From: Chrysomallon squamiferum
Taxonomy: Eukaryota > Animalia > Mollusca
Direction of reading: 5' to 3'
DNA: 64,000 bases
NCBI GenBank assembly: GCA_012295275.1
Contig: CM022665.1
Coordinates: forward strand, 41,726,001 to 41,790,000
Part shown: positions 28,888 through 45,299 of the stretch, piece after piece
How positions within the stretch are numbered: the stretch's first letter is position 1
How the letters are laid out: each line of letters begins with the position of its first letter
The notes under the pieces: generated by a model
Seen by the model: the letters and a program-made list of their open reading frames with translations, nothing else
Databases searched by the model: none
Told to the model about the DNA's origin: nothing
Position numbers and translations under genes: made by a program

Positions 28888-28957
<70 letters not shown>

Positions 28958-29448
28958 CCAGTTCTTTTATTTAATTTTATTTAATTTTAAGATTATTGTT
29001 TAATGCTGTTATTGTTTTCCTTCGAGACGAACATTTTTATAATCTGTTTTTATTAACCCTAATTTTTAATAAATCAATTTGTACAGATTATTTTTCCAGA
29101 TATTTAAATTATTATATACCAAAAAATATATTTTATCTTACCAATATCTATATATCTATATATAAAAAAGAGATATATTTCTTAAAAGTTGTTCTTAATT
29201 TATTAATAAGAATATTATTAATCCAGGCAGACCTTCTGATTTCTTTTTTAATTGATTAAACTTGTATTCTTTTCACAAAGGTTAAATGTCAACGGTATAA
29301 AATCTAAAGTGATTTTTAATTTAAATGTTCATCTGTGTAATAGTTTTATTTAAATATTTTATTTGTAATAGATGGTACCTTAAATCAATTCATTCTTTCG
29401 TTTCCTCTTCGTTTCTTATTTCTTCTTCTTCTTCTTCTTCTTCTTCTT

Positions 29449-29479
<31 letters not shown>

Positions 29480-29794
29480 TTATTATTATTATTATTATTA
29501 TTAATTTTTAAGAAAATAATAAATTGCATTTCAGGACACAATAATCAACACAAAATCCAACAAAGCAAGATTTAAAACTTCTGTTTTTTTACATAAATAA
29601 TAATTGTAATTATAATAAATATACTGGAAAAGAAACTCGATTAATTAAAATATGTTATAATTATAACTTACATAGAAACATTTGCAAAAACTGTCAATGG
29701 TAAAATTTCCCAAGTGCTTTCTTTAGATACAAAAGAAGATGATATTGATGATGATGATAATGCTATAGTAACAATAACAACAAGAGCAACAGAA

Positions 29795-29855
<61 letters not shown>

Positions 29856-29865
29856 TAACAATAAC

Positions 29866-29925
<60 letters not shown>

Positions 29926-29958
29926 AATAAATAAATAAATACTATATATATATATGTA

Positions 29959-29994
<36 letters not shown>

Positions 29995-30225
29995 AGTAAA
30001 AGTTAGCGATAATTCAACAAAGCAGTTTTATAGAGAACAAGTACAAACTGATTCATGAATTCGTGACTCAGAATGTTTCTTTATTTGTTTTTAATATCAT
30101 TAAAACATTTTATATAAACTTTACAAAACAAATAAATACATACATGATAGAGGAAAGCTTATATAAATAAATAAATAAATAAATAAATAAACAAGCAGAT
30201 ATATGTCAATAAATTTATCAAATTT

Positions 30226-30301
<76 letters not shown>

Positions 30302-30568
30302 TTCCACACACAAAAACATACGTATATCTACATCACAACAAACCTTTTTTTTTTCTTTTTTTCTTTTTAAATATTTGTTCAAGGCTATAATATTATTTAG
30401 TGTACACATGTTTTAAATTGACGCTCAGACATCAAAAGACATATGACGTCAATTAAACAGTATTAAAGACGAGAATAACCTCACTGTATTAATAATAGAA
30501 GACATAAAGTGACAGCAGAGAGTATCAACATGTTGGAACTGATGGAGAAAATATGCGTAGAGAATGTA

Positions 30569-30653
<85 letters not shown>

Positions 30654-32569
30654 TAAATGTTAGAGCATTCAGATCTTCTGTGCATGCGTTAAGACTTATT
30701 TCCCAGGCGACTCATATGATAAATCAGACGGCGTAGAAAACGATTTTTCTATTTGTAGAACGACCGTCTATAAAAGATCTGTTGCCGATGAGAACTGTTA
30801 CGATGTGACGTAACGGCTTTTCGAACTCACCTCATATCAGTGATACACAATAACCGCTGAAGATTTATTGTTATTGTTGTTAAGATACTCTTTTTTTTTT
30901 TTTTTTTTTTTTTCATTATTTATTTTCTTCGTTTTTTTTAAAATTTATTTCCTTAGTTCATTCGTCCATCATTAATGAACATAATTATCTGTTCTCATTT
31001 ATTTATTTATTTATTTATTCATTCAGTCATTCAAGTTATAAATCCATTAAATATAGATTTTATACTGACGGAATTTAACTGTTATACGAAAAAAAAAAAA
31101 AAACCCACCTCTCTGTGTTAAATCTGGTACTTTTACAAACTAATTTGCGAATATCGATAACATATCGTTAACCGTTGTTAACCTTTAATCGTAACCGATA
31201 TCTTGTAAATGTTTGAGCCACGACCACATTTTATTTAATAACACATAATCAGAATTCGGATTCGGATTTCAGACTCGTAACTTCACTGAAGCCTTCAGAT
31301 TATTTTTAATCATTTGTCAAATACATGCACGTTTTGTCGTCTGCCTAAAATACCAAAAGCTTTGATTTACTGTTGACGCCTTTGTCAGAAAGGAGGTAGT
31401 GGTCTTCGTCTTATACATCATCGTTGTCGTCGTCGTGATTATCAGTGTAGTTATCATCATCGTAATCACCGTCATCATCATCATCATTGTCGTTATGATC
31501 ATGAATATTTTCCGAGTTTGCTGAAATCTGTAAAATGTTGGAATGGGAAAAATATCCTCACACACTAAATAATATTAGGTTTTAACACTTGGCAAACTTA
31601 ATAATCTCCGACATGCTACCTTCGTTATTTTTCCTTCAGATCTAAAAATTATATGCGAAATAAATATTACAGTATATATATATATAAAATTAATAATAAG
31701 TATTAAAGATAAACCAAAATTATAAAACTGTAAAGACAGATGAAATAATAATGCAATAAATATAATCATGTAATAAGATAATAAAATGTAATAATTTATA
31801 AAATAAAATAAAATAAAAATAAAATTTATTCAATAAATCTATAATATAATATTTACAGTTGAAGAGAAGTTAACATTATCAGATTAATAAATAAACAAAT
31901 AAATAAATAAACAAATAAACAAATAAATAAATAAATAAATAAACAAACAAATAATAAATAAACAAACAAATAGACAAGCAACAAAAATAAATAAATAAAT
32001 AAATAAATACCTATAATCAAACAAACAGATAGATAAAAAAAAAAAACAAAACAAAACAAAAAAAAAAAAAAAAAAAACAAATAACAATAATATACATTTA
32101 TTTCCACAAATATCTTTATCTGGAGAGTTACGTAAATAAATTAAAAAAAAAAAAAAAAAATCAGTTTTTGTAAACACAACGAAATGAGTAATAAAACAAA
32201 CAAGGACATCAAAAATCAAACAACAGTAATGATGTCATCATTCAGCAATAACTGCAACGAAAACAACAGCAGCAACAACAACCAAAATAGCTGTTCATTA
32301 AAAATGGTCATGTATTCATTATTTCAGTCATCAAGATCATCATCTCAAGACAAAAAAACAAAAAAATAAAAAAATAAAACAAAAAAAATAAAACAATAAA
32401 AAAGACAGAATGTTTGAAGATTTCCAAATAAACCTGAGACGATAAAAATGTATACACGTATAAATGTATAAATAATAGTATTTATTAATATCTGTATCCA
32501 AATTTTAAAAAAGGTATTTATTGTTTAACCTTTTTTTGATTTTTGATTTCATTACATTAAGCTATGCTA

Positions 32570-33000
32570 AACTCTACTGTTCTATTTCAGTATACTCTAT
32601 TGAACTATACTATACTATACTATACTCTACTACACTACACTATACTATACTATACTATACTCTACTACACTACACTATACTATACTATTCTATGATATGC
32701 TGTACTGTACTAGACTGTACAGTATTGTATTGTACTGTGCTGTATCCTGCTATCCTATACTATACTGTACATTACTGTATTTACTGTCCTGTACTGTACT
32801 CTAGTACCACTCATACTATATCATACTATACTATACTATACTATACTATATATACTATACTATGTATACTATATTATACTATATATACTATACTATATAT
32901 TACTATACGATACTATACTATAGTATACTATACTATATTATACTATATTATACTGTACTGTACACTATACTACACATACATATATATACTACATATATTA
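32570..33000. repeat. Degenerate (TACTA)n pentanucleotide satellite
   Basis: TACTA/TACTG/CACTA units. Confidence 0.9.
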
Positions 33001-33023
33001 TATATTATATATATATGTGTATA

Positions 33024-33059
<36 letters not shown>

Positions 33060-33831
33060 TGTACATACGTGCGTGTTTGTGTTCGTGCTTATTCTTGTGT
33101 GAATGCACACCCATATGTACGTCCGTTTTTAAACACGCAAAACGATGTTACGAAATAAACGAATAAATTCAGAAACGAACTAACGAACAAGACATACTTC
33201 CCATAACCCGCAAAGCCAACAAAAAACCCAAACTAGCTGACCTTTTCCAGCAAGTTGAAATGTATGCATAAAACACATTTAAATTTGCGTGGCCTTTATG
33301 AAGCAGTTTTAATAGGACGACCTTTATAAATGTAAGGAATATAATTGTATTTACTGTTAACAGATAATAAACTATGAGTTTAATAAGCAGCGGTTAAAAT
33401 ACGAATCTTGGTAACACGACAAAGCGCGTAAGATTTTTATTTATGGTACGTGTGACACCTTTTACAACACATAGCGCTGTTGCGAAATGAATAAGAGAAT
33501 GAACGAAAGAAATGATTAATGAACGAGCGAGTGGATGGATAAATGAACTGGATAGATTAATGAACAAACGAACGAATGAATGAATGAATGAATGAATAAT
33601 CAAATGAGTAATGAATGAATGAATGAATGAATAAACAAATGATGAATGAATGAATAAACAAATGATGAATGAATGAATGAATGAATGAGTGAATTTGATT
33701 AATGAACAAATGAATGAATTGGTGAAAGGATAATTGAATTAAGGAATATATAAAGGAGTAAACAAATAAAATGAAAATAGAGAAATGAATTGATAAATGA
33801 CGACAAATGCAACGATAGTAATTGTGTATCC

Positions 33832-33903
<72 letters not shown>

Positions 33904-34011
33904 AGAGGCGGTCAAACAGATAGGCAGATAGGCAGGTAGCTAGGCAGATAGACAGACAGACAAACAGATAGCAAAGTAGACAAACAGACAAATAATTAGA
34001 CAGACAGAAAG

Positions 34012-34188
<177 letters not shown>

Positions 34189-34372
34189 CAGATAAATATA
34201 TAGGAAGAGAGAAATATTTAAAGAGAGAAAGTAAAAGGATGAAGAAGTTGAAGCACAACAACAACAAAAAAAACCCACTACAACAGCAACAACAATTATT
34301 ACTAGTGCTAATATTAATGATAATATGTTCCATCATCATAAACATCATCATGAATAAATAAATAAATAAGGA

Positions 34373-34412
<40 letters not shown>

Positions 34413-35087
34413 AGAAAGTAGAAAGAAAAAAATAACTGCAACAAAAACAAATCTACCATATATATGTGTGCACGTATCTATCTATCTATATATATATATT
34501 TATGTATGCATGTATATATGTGTGTGTATGTGTGTGTGTGTGTCTCTCTCTGTGTGTGTGTGTGTATTTATATGTAATTGGAGAGATAGATACTTCCATA
34601 ATTTCTTCCATGTATTTTATATATATTTTTTTTTTTCCATTCTCTTTATCCTTTTTCGTCATCTCTTTCGCCTTTTCTTTTTCTCTTTACCCAAATTAAT
34701 GAACCCTCTAACGCAGCGAGCACTATAAAATATTTTTACTATCGGAAGACATATTAAATAATTAATTATTTCTTCTTGTGTGTCGCTACTGGAGTAAATT
34801 ACTTCCCTGTCATCTTTCCGAGGTAATGGAGAAGCAATTGTCTTTGAATAAACAAAAATTCCATGATCGAGGCGACGGGAGAGAAATTGACACAAAATTT
34901 AATTAACCGTGTCGTGATTGGCTCAGTCAGTATCGCGTAGGGGAGGCGTGTCATCGCCCTTTGTGACGTCATTAGTACCGCACGTGCAATATGTATAGCG
35001 TAATAAAATATAGGGAAAAATGACTGTTACAAATAAAAATGTGTTTGTAGAAAAAGCTGGTGATTAATTTGTTACTAGTATAGGAAG

Positions 35088-35120
<33 letters not shown>

Positions 35121-35276
35121 CGAATTCCTTTATTTTATTTTAAGTTAATTAAATTAAATAAAAGAGCTTATTATTTTTTAATTAGTTAACAAATGATTAC
35201 CTACTGAGCAGTGATTAACTGTATAACCGCCGAATATTTAGTTAAAAAATAAAACAAAATTAAATAAAATAATTTG

Positions 35277-35314
<38 letters not shown>

Positions 35315-35794
35315 TAAAATAGTAGTAGTAGTAGTAGTTAGTAGTTAGTTTTAAAGTACTTTTGTTTAGTAGTAGTTAAATAAATAAAATATTTAAAACA
35401 TTTATTTCTTTTTAAAAATACTTTTTGTTTGATTTATTTTATTTTATTTTATTTTACATACTTACGGATTTATTTATTTATTGTTATATGTCTACTAATT
35501 TTTAAAAATTTATTATATACATGTTAAGAGTTTTTGAGATTAATGTTCGGATATTTACATTTATTTAGAATATTTGACAATTAGTGAGATATAAAAGCCT
35601 ACCTACACGCACGCACACACGCACAAACCAACCACTTCTTCAGAAGATAAAAGAAACACAGATTTAACATAAACATTTTAAACTGTATTAAAAACTAATG
35701 AATATGAATGAATGAATAATAATAATAATAATAGTAATAATAATAATAATATATTAATTATAAAAACAAGACGACAACAGTAATAGTAACAATA

Positions 35795-35838
<44 letters not shown>

Positions 35839-35855
35839 GGGTTTATTTAGAATAA

Positions 35856-35937
<82 letters not shown>

Positions 35938-36432
35938 TCTCCCTCCCTCCCTCCCTCTCTCCCTCCCCTCTCTCTCCCTCCCTCCCGTACTTTCTCAATT
36001 ATGAAACAGTTAAAAACTCGTATTTCATCACACGACTCAAACAGACAGTATTTACTCTAGTTCTGTATCGGTAGCGAGTTCAAATCCCTGAAGACCCTCG
36101 GGTGTTGGAAGAACAATAAAATGACATCTCTCCCTAGACACTGCTCATACGTCATCATTGTTGTTCTTGCGTCATCGCTGATCAACACGTGCTAGGGATA
36201 TGTTTCCGTGTTTAAAATTACGTCATGCAGTTGACAGCTAGCAATTAACCAATCGCCAGGCAGGGTATTTGTTTTGTTGTTCTGAAGTAAGCAAAGGAAA
36301 TAATAATCATAGCTTTACCTTATTCTGAATGATTATTTAACACTGACACGGTTTTACACAGAGAACACAATTTTCGAGATTGAGTGTATCAGATAGGCGT
36401 CCTTAATTTTTTATTTGTAAGCTTCTGTTGAT

Positions 36433-36533
<101 letters not shown>

Positions 36534-36776
36534 AAAAGAAAAAACAAAGAAAAGATGATGATAATAATAATAAAAGAAAGAAAAGATGATGATAATAATG
36601 ATAATAATGATGATGATGATGAAGATGATAATAACAATATATAAAAAAAAATTAAATCATAAGAAATGTAACTAAGACTATAAAAGTAATTTAAATTATT
36701 TTTGACAGTAGTAAATTATTATCCTTTTTGAACTGACAGTGTTAATAAATAAGGAGAAAGACGGACAGATAGATAT

Positions 36777-36867
<91 letters not shown>

Positions 36868-37953
36868 TAATTATTTTACGTATACCTTAAAGCTAGTGAG
36901 TAAGAACTAAAATAGCAAGATAAACAGACGTACAAACAAACAAACAAGTAAATAAATAAATAAATAAATAATAAATAAATAAATTAAAAAAATATCCCTA
37001 CATTAATATATTCTTATTAAAAAGGTACGTAGTAATAATAATCTTTTAAAAATACTAGGTATCTTTTTCTTCTTCTTCTTCATCATTTCATTCTTTTTTT
37101 TTTTCTTTTCTTTTTTTTGAACATTTGTATTCCTCTCCTTTTCACATAACTTAATGATTTAACAACATATTTGACTATTACAGTTTGGAAGAGTTTTGTG
37201 TTGTTGTTTGTTTTTGTTTTTTTGTTTGTTTTTTTTTTTTTTTTTTTTTTCTGACGAACGTGTTATCTACAGTAGAAGCCAATTTGAGATGAAATCCCAA
37301 CACATAATTAGTGCGAAGTTAGCCAACGTGTAAAGCAAGACGTCGTGACAGGTCTAACAACGTCGCGGTTAAGTAACTTATGTTTACCTACATGCGCGCG
37401 TCGATTCGGGTTACACCGCACACGTGCATGTGGGTGTCGTTGTGGCCGTATCGTACGATCTGTTAATGCGCTGTGACAACAACGTCCAGTTTGACGTGGA
37501 CTGCATTTCTAGGCGGGCAACAACTGCCGAAACTTGTTGTTACTTGAGAGAAAGAAAACAATTGTGCCAATTATGCACAATGTGTTCTAGACTTCGTTAA
37601 GGATGAAGAGCAGTGTTGGGCAGTTTTCCAGGTTCTTTTCCAGGATGTCCCTTCCAAGAACTTATCCTGTACAATACACACATCGTACATGTTAAATAGG
37701 TTATAGCTGACCTTCATGTCACTGTGGTTATTAAGTCTTAGGCCTTTGAATGATAAGGAACTGGGATCGCTTCTCCTCAAAGCTAATTTGAGGTATAAAG
37801 TCAATATGTATTCTATTCTCTAGTACTAATAATCTAACATTTGATAATAAATTTCTGTCTGTGAGGTAAAACCAGATATATCTGAAACTTCAGTGGATGC
37901 AAGCGTGTTAATTAATTTATAAATCTGATGATTTACTAATTAGGCCTACAATA

Positions 37954-38005
<52 letters not shown>

Positions 38006-38371
38006 TGATGATGATGATGATGATAAGAATAATAATAAAAACGTTAAAAACAAAATAATAAAAAAATAAAATAAAAAAAAATAAAAAAAAATAAATGAAT
38101 AAATAAATAAACCAAAAATGGTGCCCCATGTTCGTGGTTCACGTTATTATTAGTAGATTGAGTGACTTTTATTTGGTTATTTAATGAAATTTGGACATCG
38201 ATCCTTATAAATATGGCACTAAAATGATCAATAAATTAAAACAGTCAAAGAAGTAATGACATGCGTGTTAGATGGAAAGATAGATAGAGAAAGAGATACA
38301 TAAAAAGACAAAGAAACACAGAAAAACATAGTTCGTCGACAGGGAGAGAAAGATACATACATACATACATT

Positions 38372-38414
<43 letters not shown>

Positions 38415-38502
38415 AGATAAAATTAAGTAGGTAGAGCGACACATACATCTGCACTGTGTTTTTTTAGACAGAGAGAAAGAAAAAGATGATATATAGATAG
38501 AG

Positions 38503-38631
<129 letters not shown>

Positions 38632-38650
38632 AGGGAGGGAGGGAGGGAGG

Positions 38651-38750
<100 letters not shown>

Positions 38751-39045
38751 GATCTATATCAAACTTCGCAACGGTCTACCGCATCCTCAAATTTTCTAGT
38801 TCGTTACTGCGAGATAACTTGATAGATGAAATAACATTTCATTTGTTTACAGCTGTCTATCGCGTTACCGAGTGTCTACATTTTATAAAGCTGTTTACAA
38901 ATGTTACCCGTCGACAACAAATGCATGGTTGCCATGCGCGATGTGTTAAACGAAGGAGTGCGTGCATTGCACGCGGCCTGCACGAGAATAACACTTAGGA
39001 TCACAACCTTGTAAGATGTTTCTTTTCTAGAATAATTGTATATAC

Positions 39046-39082
<37 letters not shown>

Positions 39083-39683
39083 ATATATATATTTTTTTTT
39101 TAAACTGTAACCAAAATAATGACAGATGAACGAAATAAAAGGAAAAGATTTATTTTTCAAAAGTCCAGAACGGTAAATTTTTGGAGTTGAAATTTTGATT
39201 AATGGCAACAGAGCGTGTTAATTATTTTATATTTTTATTCTTCTTTACATCTTTTGACAGGCGAGAAATTACTATTTTTGTTATTATTGTAATTATTATT
39301 AATATGTTTGTCGACAAGAAGGTGAAATTAAACTTATCGTGGAAAAAAAAAAAAAAAAAAAAGAGATTTTCATCTTCGTCAAAAACACAATAATAAATAA
39401 TAATAGTTTAATAAAAGTTTTGAAAAAGAAAGTTAAATAGAAAAAAAAGTGAGAGAGAGAGAAGATGAAACTGGACGATATTTAAGAAAAATGTCTATTT
39501 TCTTCAATTTATCTTTGTTTTGTTTTTGTTTAATATTTGTTTCTGTTTATTGACTGATTGATTGATTGAATGATTATATTTATTAATATGATTTTGTTAT
39601 CTTTTCATATTTTTATAAAAAATAAAATTTTATAATAATTAATACGGTTGAACAACTATTTTTATTATTTATTTATTAATTAA

Positions 39684-39742
<59 letters not shown>

Positions 39743-39834
39743 ATTACTACTACTACTACTATTATTATTATTATTATTATTACTATTACTATTACTATTA
39801 TTATTATTATTATTACTATTACTACTACTATTAC

Positions 39835-39910
<76 letters not shown>

Positions 39911-40176
39911 TAAATTCGTAATTCAGTTTATTCTGGTCCATTATTAGAAATAAACTGTAATCTTTCAAGTAATGTAAAACAGAACAACCCGTATTGTTGC
40001 CCGCTGACCTCCCTCATCTTAATAAATCTTCTCTCCCTGATTCATTTCAGGAACCGCCCCTTGTATTAACCATCCGAACACGATACCGTCATGATGATGA
40101 TAATGATGATAACGACGACGACAGTAATAACAACAATAATAATAATAGTAATAATAATAATAACAACAACAAATAC

Positions 40177-40219
<43 letters not shown>

Positions 40220-40223
40220 TAAT

Positions 40224-40281
<58 letters not shown>

Positions 40282-40377
40282 CATAAGATATCTGATTTTA
40301 ATTAATCTAGACACACACCTATATTTCGGTTTTTGAATCGTCCTTAATTTCATTCGCATAAACAAGATACACTTATT

Positions 40378-40462
<85 letters not shown>

Positions 40463-40590
40463 GTGTACATACATATATATATATATAAAAAACAAAACAC
40501 TATCGCACATTAAGATCTCTGGATTTAATTAATTTTCGTATACACTTTAACGCTCGTTGGCTATTAATAATATTTTTTTTTTTATCATTT

Positions 40591-40623
<33 letters not shown>

Positions 40624-41453
40624 GTCTTAAACTCGCTGAAACGAGCGTGGTGTCATAGCGGCTTGTTTTCTCATATTTTCTTGTAATCAATTACACACAA
40701 CATCGCGGGTCGGGGGGGGGGGAAGGTGGCATCAATTTCACTCTGACTAACGGTATATCACTACTCCCCACCCCCACCACCACCACCACCACTCATTCTC
40801 GCGCATAAATGATGTTCCTTTGCTTTTCTCCCGAAGCCCAAAAAAATCAATAGTGACCGCCGCTGTGGAAATAGATTACGATTTACAGCGCTATCATGTA
40901 AACTCAATTACACTTCAGCGCTTGAATCGTCTATTTATGAGAAATGTACAATATTGTGGCTTTCAGTGTTCCTGGAAAAATAATTTGTTTCGTCTCAATT
41001 CGCCATGAAATTTCTATTACGGCGGTCCTCTTCGAGGGCACGTCATTATTTTTCCGATTTGTTAATTTCTTCTTCGCCTGCACGTGGTAGCGAGAAAGCG
41101 CAATATGTCAGTTTTTTAATTAAATCAAATTACTCTATGACAATAACCGGAATGAATTGGTCATCAGATTTTAATCAGTTCATGTACATTTTACCCAACG
41201 CGCACGTGTAATTGAGATTAATGATGGGCTGTCATTTCGCGGGTGCAGAACGAGCGAAACGCGAGAGCCAATGAGATGCGCGCAGAGGGCTGCACGTTTG
41301 CGAGGAAGATGTGGACAGCGTCGTTGCGACGGTGTTGCCAAATATCCGACCACTGTTTAATGAACACATAATACACACAGCGCGTCAGGATAGCGGGTCA
41401 CGTAACCAACAGTTCTGTCTTAGTGCTTAACAGATGATGGAGGAAAAAGAAAA

Positions 41454-41484
<31 letters not shown>

Positions 41485-41688
41485 CCAACGAAAAAAAAAA
41501 AAAAAAAAAAAAAGGAAAAGGAAGATATTGATGTAGGTTTAAAAACAATGGGAATATAACTGGATTCGGAGGAGAAAGAGCTGGAATAGAAAAAAAATAT
41601 ATATGATAAAAAGATAGAGGGACATACGGATAGACAGACAGTTATACAGATAATAAAGAGATTTAGAATGAGAAACAAAGAGGGGGGG

Positions 41689-41759
<71 letters not shown>

Positions 41760-42268
41760 TAATTTAAGATTTATAGCTTATTAAAACAATTTCACAAATT
41801 ATAATGTTGTTGTCATTCTTCTTCTTCTTCTTCTTCTTATTATTATTCTCGTTATATTTTTCTTCTAAAACAGATTTTCATCTGCTTTATTTACGTTCTT
41901 TTTTCCAATTTCTTTTTATTACTGAATTATTTTTTTTTTTTTGTTTGTTATTGTTTCAATTTTCACGCTGTTTCTTTGCAAGGCATATTTAAATTTTTCA
42001 AATGGTAAATAAATTAATAGATTAAATTTAATCACAACTAATATGTTTCTGTAACATGTCTACCATTTTGTAATAATAATAATAGCAACAACAACAACAA
42101 TAACACTAATAATAATAATGATGATGAGATGATGATGATAACGGTGATGATAATAAAGAAAGAAAGAAATAAAATTAAAGAAAAATATAAAAAAGAATAT
42201 GAACTGTTAAAATGCCACGATATGTTTGGTGATGTTCTATTTTTTATTTTAATTTCTTAGAAATCCTT

Positions 42269-42307
<39 letters not shown>

Positions 42308-42726
42308 TTATTATTTTTTTTTTTCTTTATTTGTTTCTTTGTTTGTTTTATTTTTTTTTTTTTTATTTATTCATATATATTTATTTATTTAATTGTATAT
42401 GCTTTTCATTTTAATTTTTTAAGATTATTATTTAATGCTCGTAATTTTTTATATATTTATTTATTTATTTATTTAATTATTTTCAAAAGAGCGACTTGGG
42501 ATTTTTATAATACATAGATAAATAAATTATTATTATTATTTTTTTTTAACCCACATTTTCTATACATCTTTTGGTACAGATTATTTTCTCGATATTGAAA
42601 TGATTACGTACAAAACTACCTTTTATCTTACCCAAAATCTACACATACAATACAAAAATTCTTTTGAACATCTTTTCGATTGCTATCAACATTTACCTTA
42701 CCTGATTACTATATTACCTCTTTTTC

Positions 42727-42757
<31 letters not shown>

Positions 42758-43440
42758 TTTTTTTTATTAATAACACATCTTATTTCGTTTAAGAACTCCG
42801 GATGGAATTTATAATGAAGCTAATACACACAAACTGACTTTGTTTACCGGTCTCGTAAACACCGCAAAGTGCCGCTATGGCCAAGAAACGTTGCATACGT
42901 ATTCCAGTTTTCGACTTGGCGTATTATAACAACAGCTGACAACCGGTATTTCAGGTAAATATAAATACTCAAGAAATGATTGTGGATACTGGCTATGCTG
43001 TTTATTTATAAAGATAACAGTTATGATACGGAACGCAGAAAGATATGTCAATTTCAATTACGCCAAAAGCTGGATCGGACGCAGATATTGTATACAAACT
43101 TTGCGAATACCAGTAGACAAATATTTAGCCGTCTTTAGAAGCCCCCCAGTAAACAGCGCTTTGAAGGCTGCAGCGAAAGGTAGAGTTTGAAATGCACGCG
43201 AATCTCTTCTGCCTGCCGTCTTTCGTTTCTCGGGGAAAAGCAGCATGCGCGTTTCCGTGTCGGCGACTCGATCCAGCAACCCGCGGCTTTTCAGAGAATC
43301 ATTAGTACGCGGAATGAGTTAGTTTTTTTTTTTTTGTTTTAACCTTCGAGCGTCCCGCGGTGGTGAATGCAGAAAACTAGGACGTTATCGAGTTTTGCCA
43401 ATCTTAAAACGAGAATGTTTTGTTTATTTGTTATGTGTGC

Positions 43441-43475
<35 letters not shown>

Positions 43476-43534
43476 TGTAGAGTGAGATTCTTAGAAATAT
43501 GCATTGATCTTACCTGTAAAACTGATTGGTTTTT

Positions 43535-43571
<37 letters not shown>

Positions 43572-44206
43572 GCTTTACTACTTTAATTATTATTTCTTGT
43601 TGTATGCGTTTACAAGTTTGCCCTGTTTCTTATTAATTAATTAATTAGAAACTCTTTTGTTTTGATTTTTAGCGATTAAAATTCTGTACACATAAATCTA
43701 CTTCTTCTATAGAGATCGGTGAGGTGAGAAATAAAACAGTTCATTTTATTTAGTTTTTGTATTATTTTAAAACTGCAGGACAAAATAAATAACTGACTGT
43801 TGTCTCAGGTTGAAGGGATCTCGGCAGAGCCTCGCTGAATTTGGTCATTCTTACCTTCGCAGGATAAAGCCGATATCTTAACACAGTAACCATTTATTCC
43901 CGATATATTCCCGTGCATATCTCTTTATGTGCGTACATACGCACTTGCGTCGATATCTGCCTATACGTACGTGTGCGCGTACATCATCTTTCTGTTAAAT
44001 AAAACGATTAAAAACTACAGGTAGTGTCTCAAAAGTGTAAAGATAATACTGACTTTTATTTATTCATTTATGTAATTATATCGCCACAAAATCTGGAATA
44101 CCACTGTTCATATTTTAAATTAATTATTTCAATAAACAAATAAACAAATGAATGAATGAATGAATAAATATATGTATGTGTGGATATATATATACACACA
44201 CGCATG

Positions 44207-44237
<31 letters not shown>

Positions 44238-44316
44238 TATACACACATATATACATACATATATATACACATATATGTATATATAAATATATATATATAT
44301 ACATACATACATATAC

Positions 44317-44370
<54 letters not shown>

Positions 44371-45038
44371 TTATTTACTTATTTATTTATTTATTCCCCA
44401 AAACACATGTCTAATCCACCATTAACGTTTTCCTCACATTTTCAAAATTTCAAAAAAGATAATCCATTCTTTTTCTTCACCGTTATTTATAACCTCACAT
44501 GCAGCTGACATATATTTACAAGTTGTCGTGTCCATTTCCCTTGTCTGTTTAACAAACAACAAAAATCCAAACACGTGCGTCAACATTGCCAGACATTTGT
44601 TTCCCCCACCCCACCCACCCACCCCGACTTGCAGTCGAACAGGTACCCGCATCTGTGAAAGTAAATTATTTTTCATTATGTACTATGCTTGTGACAGAAA
44701 AAAAACTCAATTACCTGAGCGCTGAAAGAGTTTAATTTATAGGCCGCTATTCGGTAGTGTCTGAGGTTTGATTAGAATTCTGTTATATATTATTACACTT
44801 ATAATGTTAAGACTGATATTTGAAAAATAGTGAAATAAACGATGTCAGTGTGACAATGTCATTCATTTATTTTCTTTATCGTTTCTTTTGCTTCGTGTTT
44901 TATATATGTGTATATATATGTGTATGTGTGTGTGTGTATATATATATATATATACATACTTACATATTTCTTTTGCTTCGTGTTTTATATATATGTATAT
45001 GTGTGTGTGTGTGTATATACATACATACATATATATAA

Positions 45039-45085
<47 letters not shown>

Positions 45086-45299
45086 CACACACACACACAC
45101 ACTCATACACAGTAACAGACACGTATATGCTTTAATATATTATTTAAAATAATATGCTGTTTTATATATAAATGCTCGTCTGAAAAAAAAAAAATTCTAA
45201 GAACAAAGAATTACATAAAAATTATATTTTTTTTTTTCTATCAAACTATCTGTTTTCCTTTCGTTTCTTTTTTTTTCTTGATCTTTTAAACTGTGAAAT

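Noticed and set aside
36076-36087. Pol III B-box-like GAGTTCAAATCC
   Set aside because: No A-box or cloverleaf upstream. At most a very old SINE relic, so not called.
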